NCBI GenBank assembly: GCA_965140445.1 | Contig: OZ223236.1 | Location: 1,696,001 to 1,760,000 of the forward strand | DNA length: 64,000 bases | Source: Candidatus Ozemobacteraceae bacterium | Lineage (GTDB): Bacteria > Muiribacteriota > Ozemobacteria > Ozemobacterales > Ozemobacteraceae | Direction of reading: 5' to 3' | In this document: positions 11,250 to 19,973 of the stretch, in pieces | Position numbering within the stretch: position 1 is the stretch's first letter | How the letters are laid out: every line of letters begins with the position of its first letter | Notes under the pieces: model-generated | Databases searched by the model: none | The model's input: only the letters and a program-made list of their open reading frames with translations | What the model was told of the DNA's origin: nothing | Program-made: the position numbers and the translations under genes

Positions 11250-14178
11250 TTAAAGATGATTCCCCTATGATTGCGAATAGTTTTTCAGAAGCTTTTTGTT
11301 GCCCCAATTGTGAAAATTCTTTAAAAACAAAATTTTTGCCCAGTTTATGCAACGCACTAGAATCTATCAAAATATTAGATTCTTCACAATTTTTAGTAAG
11401 TGCCTCAATTTGCTGTGCTATCTTAATTGGCCGCCCCAGAATTGCTGAATCAATTTGTCCTGTCTTTGAGCCAGTCACTCCCGTTACGACTTGTCCATAT
11501 GAAAGACCTACTCCGTTATCAATTACAAATTTATTTTGTTCAGCTCTGAGTTTATTAAACTTTTTCATTTGCGATTGCATTTCCAGAGCAGCTTTGACAG
11601 CTGGAATAACAGAATTCTGGTTTTCTTCCTGATAAAACACTGCTTGAATTGCATCTCCAATCAGTTTGTCTATCCTTCCACCATAGGATTTAATGACACG
11701 AATCATAATGGTAAAGTAGTCATTTAACATTCCTACAACTTCTTCCGGACTATGTTCTTCTGAAATAGTTGTGAAGTTGCGTATGTCTGCAAATAAAATT
11801 GTCGCATGTACCCTTTTGCTTAACCCTGTCTCTAACTCTGTTGTGCTGCTTTCAACCAATTCAACCACGTCTTCTGACACAAGTTGGGACATTGCTTTTT
11901 TCTCATGGAGGCTTGAGGCCAAATTATTAAAGGATTTTGCCAGTTCTGAGAATTCATCATTAGTATTTACCTCAATTTTCCATGAGAAATCTTCTGATTG
12001 CATATGTTTTATGGCTGTTTGAAATGCTGGAATTGGAAGTAAAAGCGCTTTTAAAAAAATATTGCTCAGGAAATTAATCGAGAAAACAGCGATCAGTATA
12101 CCAATGAAAATAAATGTTGAAGCCTTTTCCATTGTATTTTCCGGGGAAACAATTGTAAAAGCTGTTACCATAAAATCCTTTTCCCCAATTGCTCTGGTTA
12201 ATGAAATTTTTGTTTTTCCATTTTGATATCGATTAAAAGAAATTGATTTTTTTTCATCAAAGGCTTTCTTTTCAGAACTTATTTCGTCATTTTGTTTTGA
12301 AACATATTGAAAGAAGCAATCGCCTTTTTGTTCAGATACACCCTCACTAAGCGTTTTTTTGATTTGAAATGAGTATTTGAATTTGCGATCTTCCGGGTAA
12401 TTGCTTTCTAGATAAGCTTTGAACGATGATTGTGTGCGGCTGACATTAGAGAAAAAAGTTAAAACTCCATCTGGGATTTTATCGTTATTTAGGTCAACGA
12501 GATGAAGAATGCTTCTCGCATTACTTTGAGTTATTGGATTTGGCACCATTAGGCCAATGTTAAGGTAGAACTTAAACAATTCTGAAAGATTAAAAATCTG
12601 TGAGAGAATTTCCTTTGAAAAGCTAGCTTGTTGACGGATCTTATTTTTTTCATTAAATGGCAAATGTTTGAAAAAACCCATTTCCAGCATTGTTTCTTTC
12701 AAAAAATTTCTTAATGGAATTTTAAGCTTTACCACAGCTTCATCTGCTACAATATTTGAATATAAGAGGGTTCTCCCCTTAGGACCTATGCCCATAAGAT
12801 TCTTAAAAGGTAACTTGATTTGACGCTGTAAATAAAAGTTCTTTGTCATGACTGCAATTTTAGATAAGTCTTCAAGCCCGGTTTTTTCAATTGAAATGGA
12901 AACTATGTTTGCAAGTAGCTGAAATCTATCCAATTCAAATTTAAATCGACTTTCCAGATTTGAAATAAAAAGCTCCAAATCTGCTACTTCATTATTTAAA
13001 AATGCAGATTTCTCTTGGTCATATTGCTTTAAACCAATGGTTAGCAGGAAAAAAATTGGAATCAGGGATATCGCAAAAATATGAATTTTGATCTCTCGCT
13101 CAAGATTTATGAGATTATGGGAAAATCTTTCAAGCAAGTAGCCTGTTAAAAAAAGAAAGCTAATCCCAATAAGAATCGAAATAATTCCCTGAAAATATTT
13201 GCATACTTGAATGAATGAAAAATTTCCTGTTTTTAATTCTTTTGAGAGCAAAATAGCAGTATCTGAACTGGAGGCACCTGGCGAGAAATCTTCAGCAATA
13301 AAAACCTTGTTGTTATCCTCCCATGTCCTGGTTCCACTAATCTTAGCTCCAGGTTTAAACCCAACTTTTACCCCAGAGGTTTTACCTAGTTGTGCAGCAG
13401 CTTGCATTTTCAATTTTGTTGGAATCTTACTACTATCTATAGCAAATATAACAAAGGCTGTTGCTTCATTTTTTTGTATAACAGGGAAAATAAAGAAATC
13501 CAGGACAGATTTACTTGTTAGTGAGAAACGTCGGGAGTGTTTTACTGGGAATCTTAGAATCCCTCGAACTAACCCCAGGGATTTATAAAAAAATTCAGAT
13601 TCACTAACACTCCAGATTTTCCTCGGAGCATTTTCTCCCGCCTCGAATTTCTTTTTTAACAATTTAAAGTTTTTAGTTTGTACAATTCTTAATTTTTCTG
13701 AATTCACCAAATTGCTATCTGAATTATTGTAAAAATGGAATTGATTTTTTGGATTATTTGTTGCAATAAAGAGATATTCTGGGTCTACTCCAATAGTATT
13801 TTTTATAGTCTTTTTCAGTTTTAAAAAACTGGAAAAATCAATTTTCCCCACTAGTTTTTGAACTAAAACGTGTTCTTGGTATTTTGGGTTGAGAGTATTT
13901 TTTATTTGAAATTCTTCTATAAAATCAACAAGGCTCTCAAAAGATAATTTCGTTTTAACAAAATTATTATTATCTGTAGCTAATCTGATTTCTGAGGCTA
14001 TTCTTTTAAGCTCCTTACTATTTGAAATTGAAATTTTTTCTCTTTCAGCTTCATACACAGCCTGCAAAAATTGTTTCAAAACTAGAGATGGAATCAAAAA
14101 AATCAATATCCATAGAACTAAAACGTATAGTTTTTTGTATTTGTTGGAGTTTATTTTGGTTGGGTTTTCTATTTTCAT
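11242..14178 (-). CDS. Membrane class III nucleotidyl cyclase paralog 2 (Asp-type/C1-like)
   Basis: Motifs FADIRNFTT, IDKLIGDAIQ and IDSAILGRPIKIAQQIEA (N/R absent); HAMP DEFSELAKSFNNL. Confidence 0.9.
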   Translation of the reverse strand: MKIENPTKINSNKYKKLYVLVLWILIFLIPSLVLKQFLQAVYEAEREKISISNSKELKRIASEIRLATDNNNFVKTKLSFESLVDFIEEFQIKNTLNPKYQEHVLVQKLVGKIDFSSFLKLKKTIKNTIGVDPEYLFIATNNPKNQFHFYNNSDSNLVNSEKLRIVQTKNFKLLKKKFEAGENAPRKIWSVSESEFFYKSLGLVRGILRFPVKHSRRFSLTSKSVLDFFIFPVIQKNEATAFVIFAIDSSKIPTKLKMQAAAQLGKTSGVKVGFKPGAKISGTRTWEDNNKVFIAEDFSPGASSSDTAILLSKELKTGNFSFIQVCKYFQGIISILIGISFLFLTGYLLERFSHNLINLEREIKIHIFAISLIPIFFLLTIGLKQYDQEKSAFLNNEVADLELFISNLESRFKFELDRFQLLANIVSISIEKTGLEDLSKIAVMTKNFYLQRQIKLPFKNLMGIGPKGRTLLYSNIVADEAVVKLKIPLRNFLKETMLEMGFFKHLPFNEKNKIRQQASFSKEILSQIFNLSELFKFYLNIGLMVPNPITQSNARSILHLVDLNNDKIPDGVLTFFSNVSRTQSSFKAYLESNYPEDRKFKYSFQIKKTLSEGVSEQKGDCFFQYVSKQNDEISSEKKAFDEKKSISFNRYQNGKTKISLTRAIGEKDFMVTAFTIVSPENTMEKASTFIFIGILIAVFSINFLSNIFLKALLLPIPAFQTAIKHMQSEDFSWKIEVNTNDEFSELAKSFNNLASSLHEKKAMSQLVSEDVVELVESSTTELETGLSKRVHATILFADIRNFTTISEEHSPEEVVGMLNDYFTIMIRVIKSYGGRIDKLIGDAIQAVFYQEENQNSVIPAVKAALEMQSQMKKFNKLRAEQNKFVIDNGVGLSYGQVVTGVTGSKTGQIDSAILGRPIKIAQQIEALTKNCEESNILIDSSALHKLGKNFVFKEFSQLGQQKASEKLFAIIGESSLNE

Positions 14179-14181
14179 TTG

Positions 14182-17169
14182 TTAACTACATTTCCCTGAT
14201 AACCCATGTATGCTAACTGGGTCTTTCTTGCCCTTAATTGGGATTTTCCCAATTATAGAGTATTCAAAACTATTATCTGTTTTTTGCATAACGGATTCTG
14301 AAACAAGACAAAAAAAATCAGGAAATGAATGACTTGTAGATTCCAATCTGGCTGCTAAATTTACTGAATCTCCTATAACCGTAAAATCCTTTCTGTAATC
14401 ACGGGAGCCAATTTTTCCCGTAATAACGATTCCGTTGGCTATTCCAATTCCAAAATCAATTGCCGGAAGTTCCATATCTGCTAACTCAGAATTCAGGCTG
14501 GCAAGATTTTTTTTCATTTCAATAGCAACTTTGCAGCTCATATATTCAGGAGATTTGTTTCCAACTTTTTCAGAAAAAGTAACCATCATAGCGTCGCCTA
14601 TATACTTATCTATTTCACCACTTTGTGAGCGTACTATGGGTTCCATTTTTCCGAAAAAAGCATTAAGCAAACTCATGACTTTTTCTGGAGGTAAGTTATC
14701 TACCAGATTATCAAAATCAGATATGTGGGTAAAAAGGATGACCTTGTGACTTTTTTCCAGTCTCTCTTCATTTGAGACAATCATATTTGTTGTTTCTTCA
14801 GATAAAAATCTTTCTAGCAGTTTCCTTTTCTTAAAGCCATCAATCATTTGGTTAAAGCTTTTAATGATCTCTCCCAGTTCATTTTCTTTCAGAACTGGAA
14901 CAGGTAATAGTGAACCTTGCTGGAGTGTATTTGAAGACTTTTTTAACATTTGGATAGGTGTTAGGAAACTATCTGAAAGCAATGACGCAATCAAACTGAA
15001 GACTATCAAAGCATAAAAAATTGCGAATATTTTTACTAATGAAAGCATGCTACTTTGAACCATTAGTGCTGTCATTTCTTGTGAGATGACCGTCACTACA
15101 GGGTATTCAATGTTCGCTCTTGCTGACCAGAGAGTGCTAAAGCCATTTATGCCGGCACTTTTCCACTTTTTGTAGGATTCATTTGGAGAAATGTTTTTTA
15201 CTGCTTCAATAAAATTTGGTTTGTTTTTCGTTTCTGCTGGCCATGATTGTAGAATTTGAAATTCCTTACTTATAGAGCTTTCATTTGTTTCAACCTCAAA
15301 AGCGCACATGCTTTGGTTTGAGTGCCTTTTTTCATTAGAGTTGAACCATAAACTTGTCGAGGACAAATTTAGAAATTCTTTGAGCATTTCCTTTTTATTT
15401 AAAAAAGAAAGAATTGTATAGCAAAACTGATTCTTTTTATGTCTTGTAGGAAAATGAAATGATGGGATAACCTGTAAGCTGGTGTTTTCTGTTTGAGCTA
15501 GTGCTAGAGGTTTTCCGTTTGAGAGTAAAAAAGAGTCAATATCGGTTGAATTAATTGCTTCTGCAAAAACATCAATTCCTTTAAGTTTTGATTTTAGCCT
15601 GTCCTTCGCTTTTTGATTGGCATCTCCATTGTAGGTAAGAATTCGTAAGCCAATACTCAGGAATATTTTTTCCAAAAAAGCAAATTGATTATTTATGTTC
15701 TCTTGATTTCTAAGTTTTGGAAAAATTTCTGAAACAAACTGGCCATCATTTCTTAAAATAATAAATGCAGGATTGATATCAGTGAGATTTTTTCTGACAC
15801 ACCTCTCTAGATCTTTGATATTGGCACTTTTGATCGAAATAAATTCATCAACTATTTTGGTTAGTTTTTTTCTTTTCTCATCGTAGAAAGCGTTTAATTT
15901 GGAGTCAAATGCGTCATGTTGCAACAATAGCCTTTCTCCAATTGTTTTTGTGATGGCTTCTTGCTGATTATTTTCGTAAAAGTTTAGGCTATAAAAAAGA
16001 AATATACCTGGGAAGAAAAGGATCAGAAGAATATTTAGCCATAGCCTGGTCTGGATGCTTAAAACAAAATGGGAAAGGAATTCTGACTTAAACGAAAACG
16101 CAATTGCCAAAAAAGCTAATACCAGTGCTGAAAATGATGTTGGGCTTTTCCAGTTTTCAATTAATAGATTTGGAATTGGTAGAGATAATTCAATCAAAGG
16201 ATATTTTGCGGGGCTTTCGCTAAGTTTTCCATCCTTTATCATTTGAGTGGCCAGATCTTTCAATTTAAATGAATTTTGCTTTAGGACTCTAAATGGAATA
16301 GGAGAAGTTAGTGAGAGTCGTTTCCCTTTTTGGGAAAAGCCCAGCTTTTGTTTCACTGGCAATAATTTTAACCTTTTTCTTGTTTCAGAATAGACTGATC
16401 TATTTAAAGCATTCGCTATGAGTTTTTTTGCTTTAAACTGGCTTTCACAAAAAGCACAGAAAACGCTGGTTTTGTTTTTATTGTTATTAGTTTTAAAGTT
16501 TTTAAAAGAAAGGTAAAGCCTTTCTCCATTAAATTTTTCTGTAAAAACTGTATTGGCTTTTCCTTCAATAAACTTTGGAGTAACGTATTTTCCAAGGAGA
16601 TTCGATAAAATACGTTTAAATTTCTTTGTTTCGCTCTGGCTACTTAAATTGTCTTCTAACAGGCGATTTATAAAGCTTTTTATGGTGACTTTTCCAGGCT
16701 TAGAAAGTCCATGAAAGTATTTGTTATCAGCATAGCTTAAATACTTGTCTTTAGCAGGAGTTCCAATAAAAATCAAAATAGGAGAAAAGCCAATTTCATT
16801 CTTAAAGGCACTTTTTACGTTTTTTAGAAGCTTGGACTCCAATTCGAGCGAGTTTTCTTGTCCAATAAGCTTTTGTCCATGAGAGTTGTTTGTTTCTAAC
16901 AAAAGATTTTTTTGAATCTTATTAAATGAAAATTCTATGAAGTCTTTTACATTGCAGAATTCAATGAAATGGGAAAGCTCTTTTTTCAATTTATCCTGAA
17001 TTGCATATTGTTGAATTCGTTTTTCCTGATGAATTTGAAAGTTTAAAAGGCATTTGGCGAAAAGAATTGGCAAAATCACTAAGATAAAACTAAAAGCAAA
17101 TTTCTTTGAAATGGAAATCTTACTTTCTTTTATTCTTTTGTATTCTCTAAATGCTACTCGTTTATTCAA
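14182..17169 (-). CDS. Membrane class III nucleotidyl cyclase paralog 1 (His-type/C2-like)
   Basis: Motifs FTHISDF, IDKYIGDAMM and KDFTVIGDSVNLAARLES; HAMP NELGEIIKSFNQM; TTG start 6 nt after the ankyrin gene stop. Confidence 0.9.
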   Translation of the reverse strand: MNKRVAFREYKRIKESKISISKKFAFSFILVILPILFAKCLLNFQIHQEKRIQQYAIQDKLKKELSHFIEFCNVKDFIEFSFNKIQKNLLLETNNSHGQKLIGQENSLELESKLLKNVKSAFKNEIGFSPILIFIGTPAKDKYLSYADNKYFHGLSKPGKVTIKSFINRLLEDNLSSQSETKKFKRILSNLLGKYVTPKFIEGKANTVFTEKFNGERLYLSFKNFKTNNNKNKTSVFCAFCESQFKAKKLIANALNRSVYSETRKRLKLLPVKQKLGFSQKGKRLSLTSPIPFRVLKQNSFKLKDLATQMIKDGKLSESPAKYPLIELSLPIPNLLIENWKSPTSFSALVLAFLAIAFSFKSEFLSHFVLSIQTRLWLNILLILFFPGIFLFYSLNFYENNQQEAITKTIGERLLLQHDAFDSKLNAFYDEKRKKLTKIVDEFISIKSANIKDLERCVRKNLTDINPAFIILRNDGQFVSEIFPKLRNQENINNQFAFLEKIFLSIGLRILTYNGDANQKAKDRLKSKLKGIDVFAEAINSTDIDSFLLSNGKPLALAQTENTSLQVIPSFHFPTRHKKNQFCYTILSFLNKKEMLKEFLNLSSTSLWFNSNEKRHSNQSMCAFEVETNESSISKEFQILQSWPAETKNKPNFIEAVKNISPNESYKKWKSAGINGFSTLWSARANIEYPVVTVISQEMTALMVQSSMLSLVKIFAIFYALIVFSLIASLLSDSFLTPIQMLKKSSNTLQQGSLLPVPVLKENELGEIIKSFNQMIDGFKKRKLLERFLSEETTNMIVSNEERLEKSHKVILFTHISDFDNLVDNLPPEKVMSLLNAFFGKMEPIVRSQSGEIDKYIGDAMMVTFSEKVGNKSPEYMSCKVAIEMKKNLASLNSELADMELPAIDFGIGIANGIVITGKIGSRDYRKDFTVIGDSVNLAARLESTSHSFPDFFCLVSESVMQKTDNSFEYSIIGKIPIKGKKDPVSIHGLSGKCS

Positions 17170-17175
17170 AAAAAA

Positions 17176-18681
17176 TTATAGTCTCCCAGGCAAAATCGCT
17201 TCAGCGGGAGGGTTCTCGGCAGGATTAATTCCCTCTATTTCAATTCGGTTAGATAGTAACTCTTTTAACCTTGGGTTTCTCGAAATTTTGCCAAGATATA
17301 TTGCAGAATGTCCTTGATAATTCTTGATAGAAGGATCGGCCCCGTTTTTTAATAAGAGAAAGGCGATTTCGTCGTTCCCAGCTTTTATAGCGACATGTAA
17401 AGGCGTATCTCCGCGAATATTTGGCTCAAGAACGTTAACACCATTTTTAAGCAAGGCCTCAATGATTGCAATATTGCCAACTTTTATTGCTTCATCAATA
17501 ATTTTTTCATCTTTTGAGTTTTTTGCAAAAATATTTGCGCCTTTTTGGAGCATCAAAGCCGCAGCTTTGAATAGCCTATTTCTTATTGCCAGGTGCAAAG
17601 GGGTATCACCCATGAAATTTGGCTGGTTACAATCTGCTCCCTTATTAAGTAATTTAATTGCTTTTAACTCATGGCTCCGGTTAGATAAAAGTCTTAAAAG
17701 AGGGGTTTGGCTACTTTTATCTAAATTGTTAATGTCGATATTCGATTCTAGAACTTCATCAAAATGATGAAAAAGCTTTTTGGCAATTAGAAAACTTAGA
17801 GCGTTTCTTCCCAAATTATCTAATTGATTTATTTCATTTGGATCTTGAAGCATATCTCCTATCGGTTCTAAGGTCTGCTGGACTATTTTTCTGTGCAGAG
17901 GTGGTAGAAAAGAAGCTTCATCCTGAAATGGAGACTCTGCGGGAGAAAATCTTCTTCTAGTAGTAGTTTGTTTTGTTCCAAGGTAATTTGCTATCCACGG
18001 AAATTTATTAAATGCAAGATCTCCAGCAGTCCACCCATAGCTCATTGTTTGATTTACATCTGCTCCATTTTCTTTTAGAAAAATTACCGCTTCTTTGCTC
18101 CCACTTCTTGCAGCATAGTGAAGTGGAGAATATCCTCCAACTCCAGTTTGATTTATCTTTACACCTGATTGGAGAGTTTTTTTCATAACCTCAACATAGT
18201 TACCTTTTGCAGCATAGTGCAGAGTGGAGTAACCATGCTTATCGGAAATATTAAGAATTGGAGACTCTTTTAGAATTCTTTCTACAACGGCCTGTTGCCG
18301 GTTTTCCAAAGCAAGAAATAGTGGAGTTCGCTGATAATAATCTCTGCTATTGACATTTGCTCCATGTTCCAGGAGATAGTTTACTGAAGCTACGTTCCCT
18401 TCAAGGGCAGCGACGTGAAGAGGGGAGAATTGTTTTTTTCCAGATCGCTTATTAACATCTACACCTCGTTCCAGAAGATTTTTTATATATTGAACGTTAT
18501 CCTCTGCGGCGGCATTGTTTAAACTGCTGCCATAGTTTTTTTGGATCGAAGTAGTGCGTGGTTTTTGCGGTGAATTAGCTTTTTTGGATGAATCAACAAA
18601 CTCTGAGTATGAGTAGAAAGCTAATAGCATTAGATAAAAAATAAATTTTGGAAATTCGCTGGTTTTATTGCTTTTTGCCAT
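17176..18681 (-). CDS. Ankyrin-repeat protein with N-terminal membrane anchor or signal segment
   Basis: Repeated ankyrin motifs (FSPLHVAA, RTPLFLAL, YSPLHYAA, GDTPLHLAI, GDTPLHVAI) in two blocks; hydrophobic FIFYLMLLAFYSY near the N-terminus. Confidence 0.92.
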   Translation of the reverse strand: MAKSNKTSEFPKFIFYLMLLAFYSYSEFVDSSKKANSPQKPRTTSIQKNYGSSLNNAAAEDNVQYIKNLLERGVDVNKRSGKKQFSPLHVAALEGNVASVNYLLEHGANVNSRDYYQRTPLFLALENRQQAVVERILKESPILNISDKHGYSTLHYAAKGNYVEVMKKTLQSGVKINQTGVGGYSPLHYAARSGSKEAVIFLKENGADVNQTMSYGWTAGDLAFNKFPWIANYLGTKQTTTRRRFSPAESPFQDEASFLPPLHRKIVQQTLEPIGDMLQDPNEINQLDNLGRNALSFLIAKKLFHHFDEVLESNIDINNLDKSSQTPLLRLLSNRSHELKAIKLLNKGADCNQPNFMGDTPLHLAIRNRLFKAAALMLQKGANIFAKNSKDEKIIDEAIKVGNIAIIEALLKNGVNVLEPNIRGDTPLHVAIKAGNDEIAFLLLKNGADPSIKNYQGHSAIYLGKISRNPRLKELLSNRIEIEGINPAENPPAEAILPGRL

Positions 18682-18702
18682 AGTGTTACCTGATTTTTTT
18701 CG

Positions 18703-18731
18703 ATTCTAGCATTTTTGATTGATTTTATGAA
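18703..18731 (-). promoter_or_regulatory. Putative sigma70 promoter of the ankyrin/cyclase operon
   Basis: Minus strand TTCATA-N17-TAGAAT with an extended -10 TG, about 20 nt upstream of ATG 18681. Confidence 0.4.
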
Positions 18732-18876
18732 GAAGTAGTTATTGATGAGCATTATGATTTAAAACTTAAAAAGTTGTGTCTTGTCTCCTTACTTTAAACA
18801 AATTTGACGCAAAATGGCCTTGCAAAAGCTTTATGATATAAACTAATATCAACAGCATAAAAATGATTAGAAGGGA

Positions 18877-19956
18877 ATGAAGTTTATGAGCCAATTTAGA
18901 GAAGATCTTCTCGCTGCAGGTCCTCCTGCTGATATTACAGTTCCTCGAAAAAAGAACATGATGTGTTTGAATGAAAGCACTCTTGATCCATTTAAAGCCA
19001 TAGATGAAGCTTTTTTTCAAAACTTGCAGCATGTTAACTTAAATAGATACTTCAATGATGTTACTTCAGAGCTTAAGACTGAGTTGCTAAATTATATTGG
19101 GAATGATGTCGGTCGGGACCAGATTTTATGGGGGAATGGTGCCGATGATATGCTTTATGCTGTCTTTTTATCTGTAAGAGAAAACAATGATGCGTATGCG
19201 CTTTCTCTTGCTCCATCCTATTTTGATTATTCAACTTACAGCAGGGCAGTTGGGCTTGGAATAAAGTTTCAAGATTTTAATGCAGATTTTAGTTTTGATG
19301 AAAATTTGTTCATCGAGGCATTAAAAGATAAGGATTGCCGATTAGGTATTTTGTGTAATCCCAATAACCCTACCGGGCATTTGTTACCAGACGAGAAAAT
19401 ATTGAAAGTAATCGAAAGCACGGATAAACCAATTCTGGTTGACGAAACTTACTTTGAGTTTTCTGGTAAAACTTTTATAGATAGAGTGAAGGATTTTGAT
19501 AATTTAATTATTGTCAGGTCTTTTTCCAAATCATTTTCAGCAGCTGGATTGAGATTTGGTTATCTTGTTTCTCAGGCTCAGAATGTTGAAGAAATAAAAA
19601 AAGTTCAGACAATCTTTAATTGCAGCATTCTGATTCAAACCTTTGTTTTGACCATGTTGCAGAATAAACATGCTTTTCTTGCTCACACAAATAATGTGCT
19701 AAAACTTAAAAATAAGCTTTTTGAACAAATGAGCGAGATTGAAGAGATTACTGTATATAATTCAAGCACCAACTTTTTGACCTTTACCGTGGGAGAAAAA
19801 TCTGCGCAATTGTTCGAATTTTTAAAAAACAACGAAATTGCAATTAGAGACGTTGGAGCACACAAAGTTCTTAATAATCATTTAAGAGTGAGTGTTGGTT
19901 CAAAAGAGCAGAATGACTTTTTTGTTGAAAAAATTAAGGAATTTTTAAAAGGATAG
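18877..19956 (+). CDS. hisC: Histidinol-phosphate aminotransferase family (class I/II PLP aminotransferase)
   Basis: Motifs LNES, GNGADD, CNPNNPTG, VDETYFEF, RSFSKSFSAAGLRFG and LRVSVG. Start may be ATG 18886. It lies outside a his operon, so a CobD-like function is not excluded. Confidence 0.7.
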   Translation: MKFMSQFREDLLAAGPPADITVPRKKNMMCLNESTLDPFKAIDEAFFQNLQHVNLNRYFNDVTSELKTELLNYIGNDVGRDQILWGNGADDMLYAVFLSVRENNDAYALSLAPSYFDYSTYSRAVGLGIKFQDFNADFSFDENLFIEALKDKDCRLGILCNPNNPTGHLLPDEKILKVIESTDKPILVDETYFEFSGKTFIDRVKDFDNLIIVRSFSKSFSAAGLRFGYLVSQAQNVEEIKKVQTIFNCSILIQTFVLTMLQNKHAFLAHTNNVLKLKNKLFEQMSEIEEITVYNSSTNFLTFTVGEKSAQLFEFLKNNEIAIRDVGAHKVLNNHLRVSVGSKEQNDFFVEKIKEFLKG

Positions 19957-19973
19957 TTTCTGGGAAATTTATT

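Noticed and set aside
2450..14749. Recurring plus-strand ORFs (2450, 5112, 8410, 11204, 14435) with similar sequences
   Set aside because: They are antisense shadows of the conserved cyclase domains; their similarity just mirrors the paralogy.
1..17169. Cyclase genes as decaying pseudogenes because catalytic residues are missing
   Set aside because: The five complete genes are full-length open frames of about 1,000 codons, and the losses are reciprocal and patterned, which indicates selection rather than decay.
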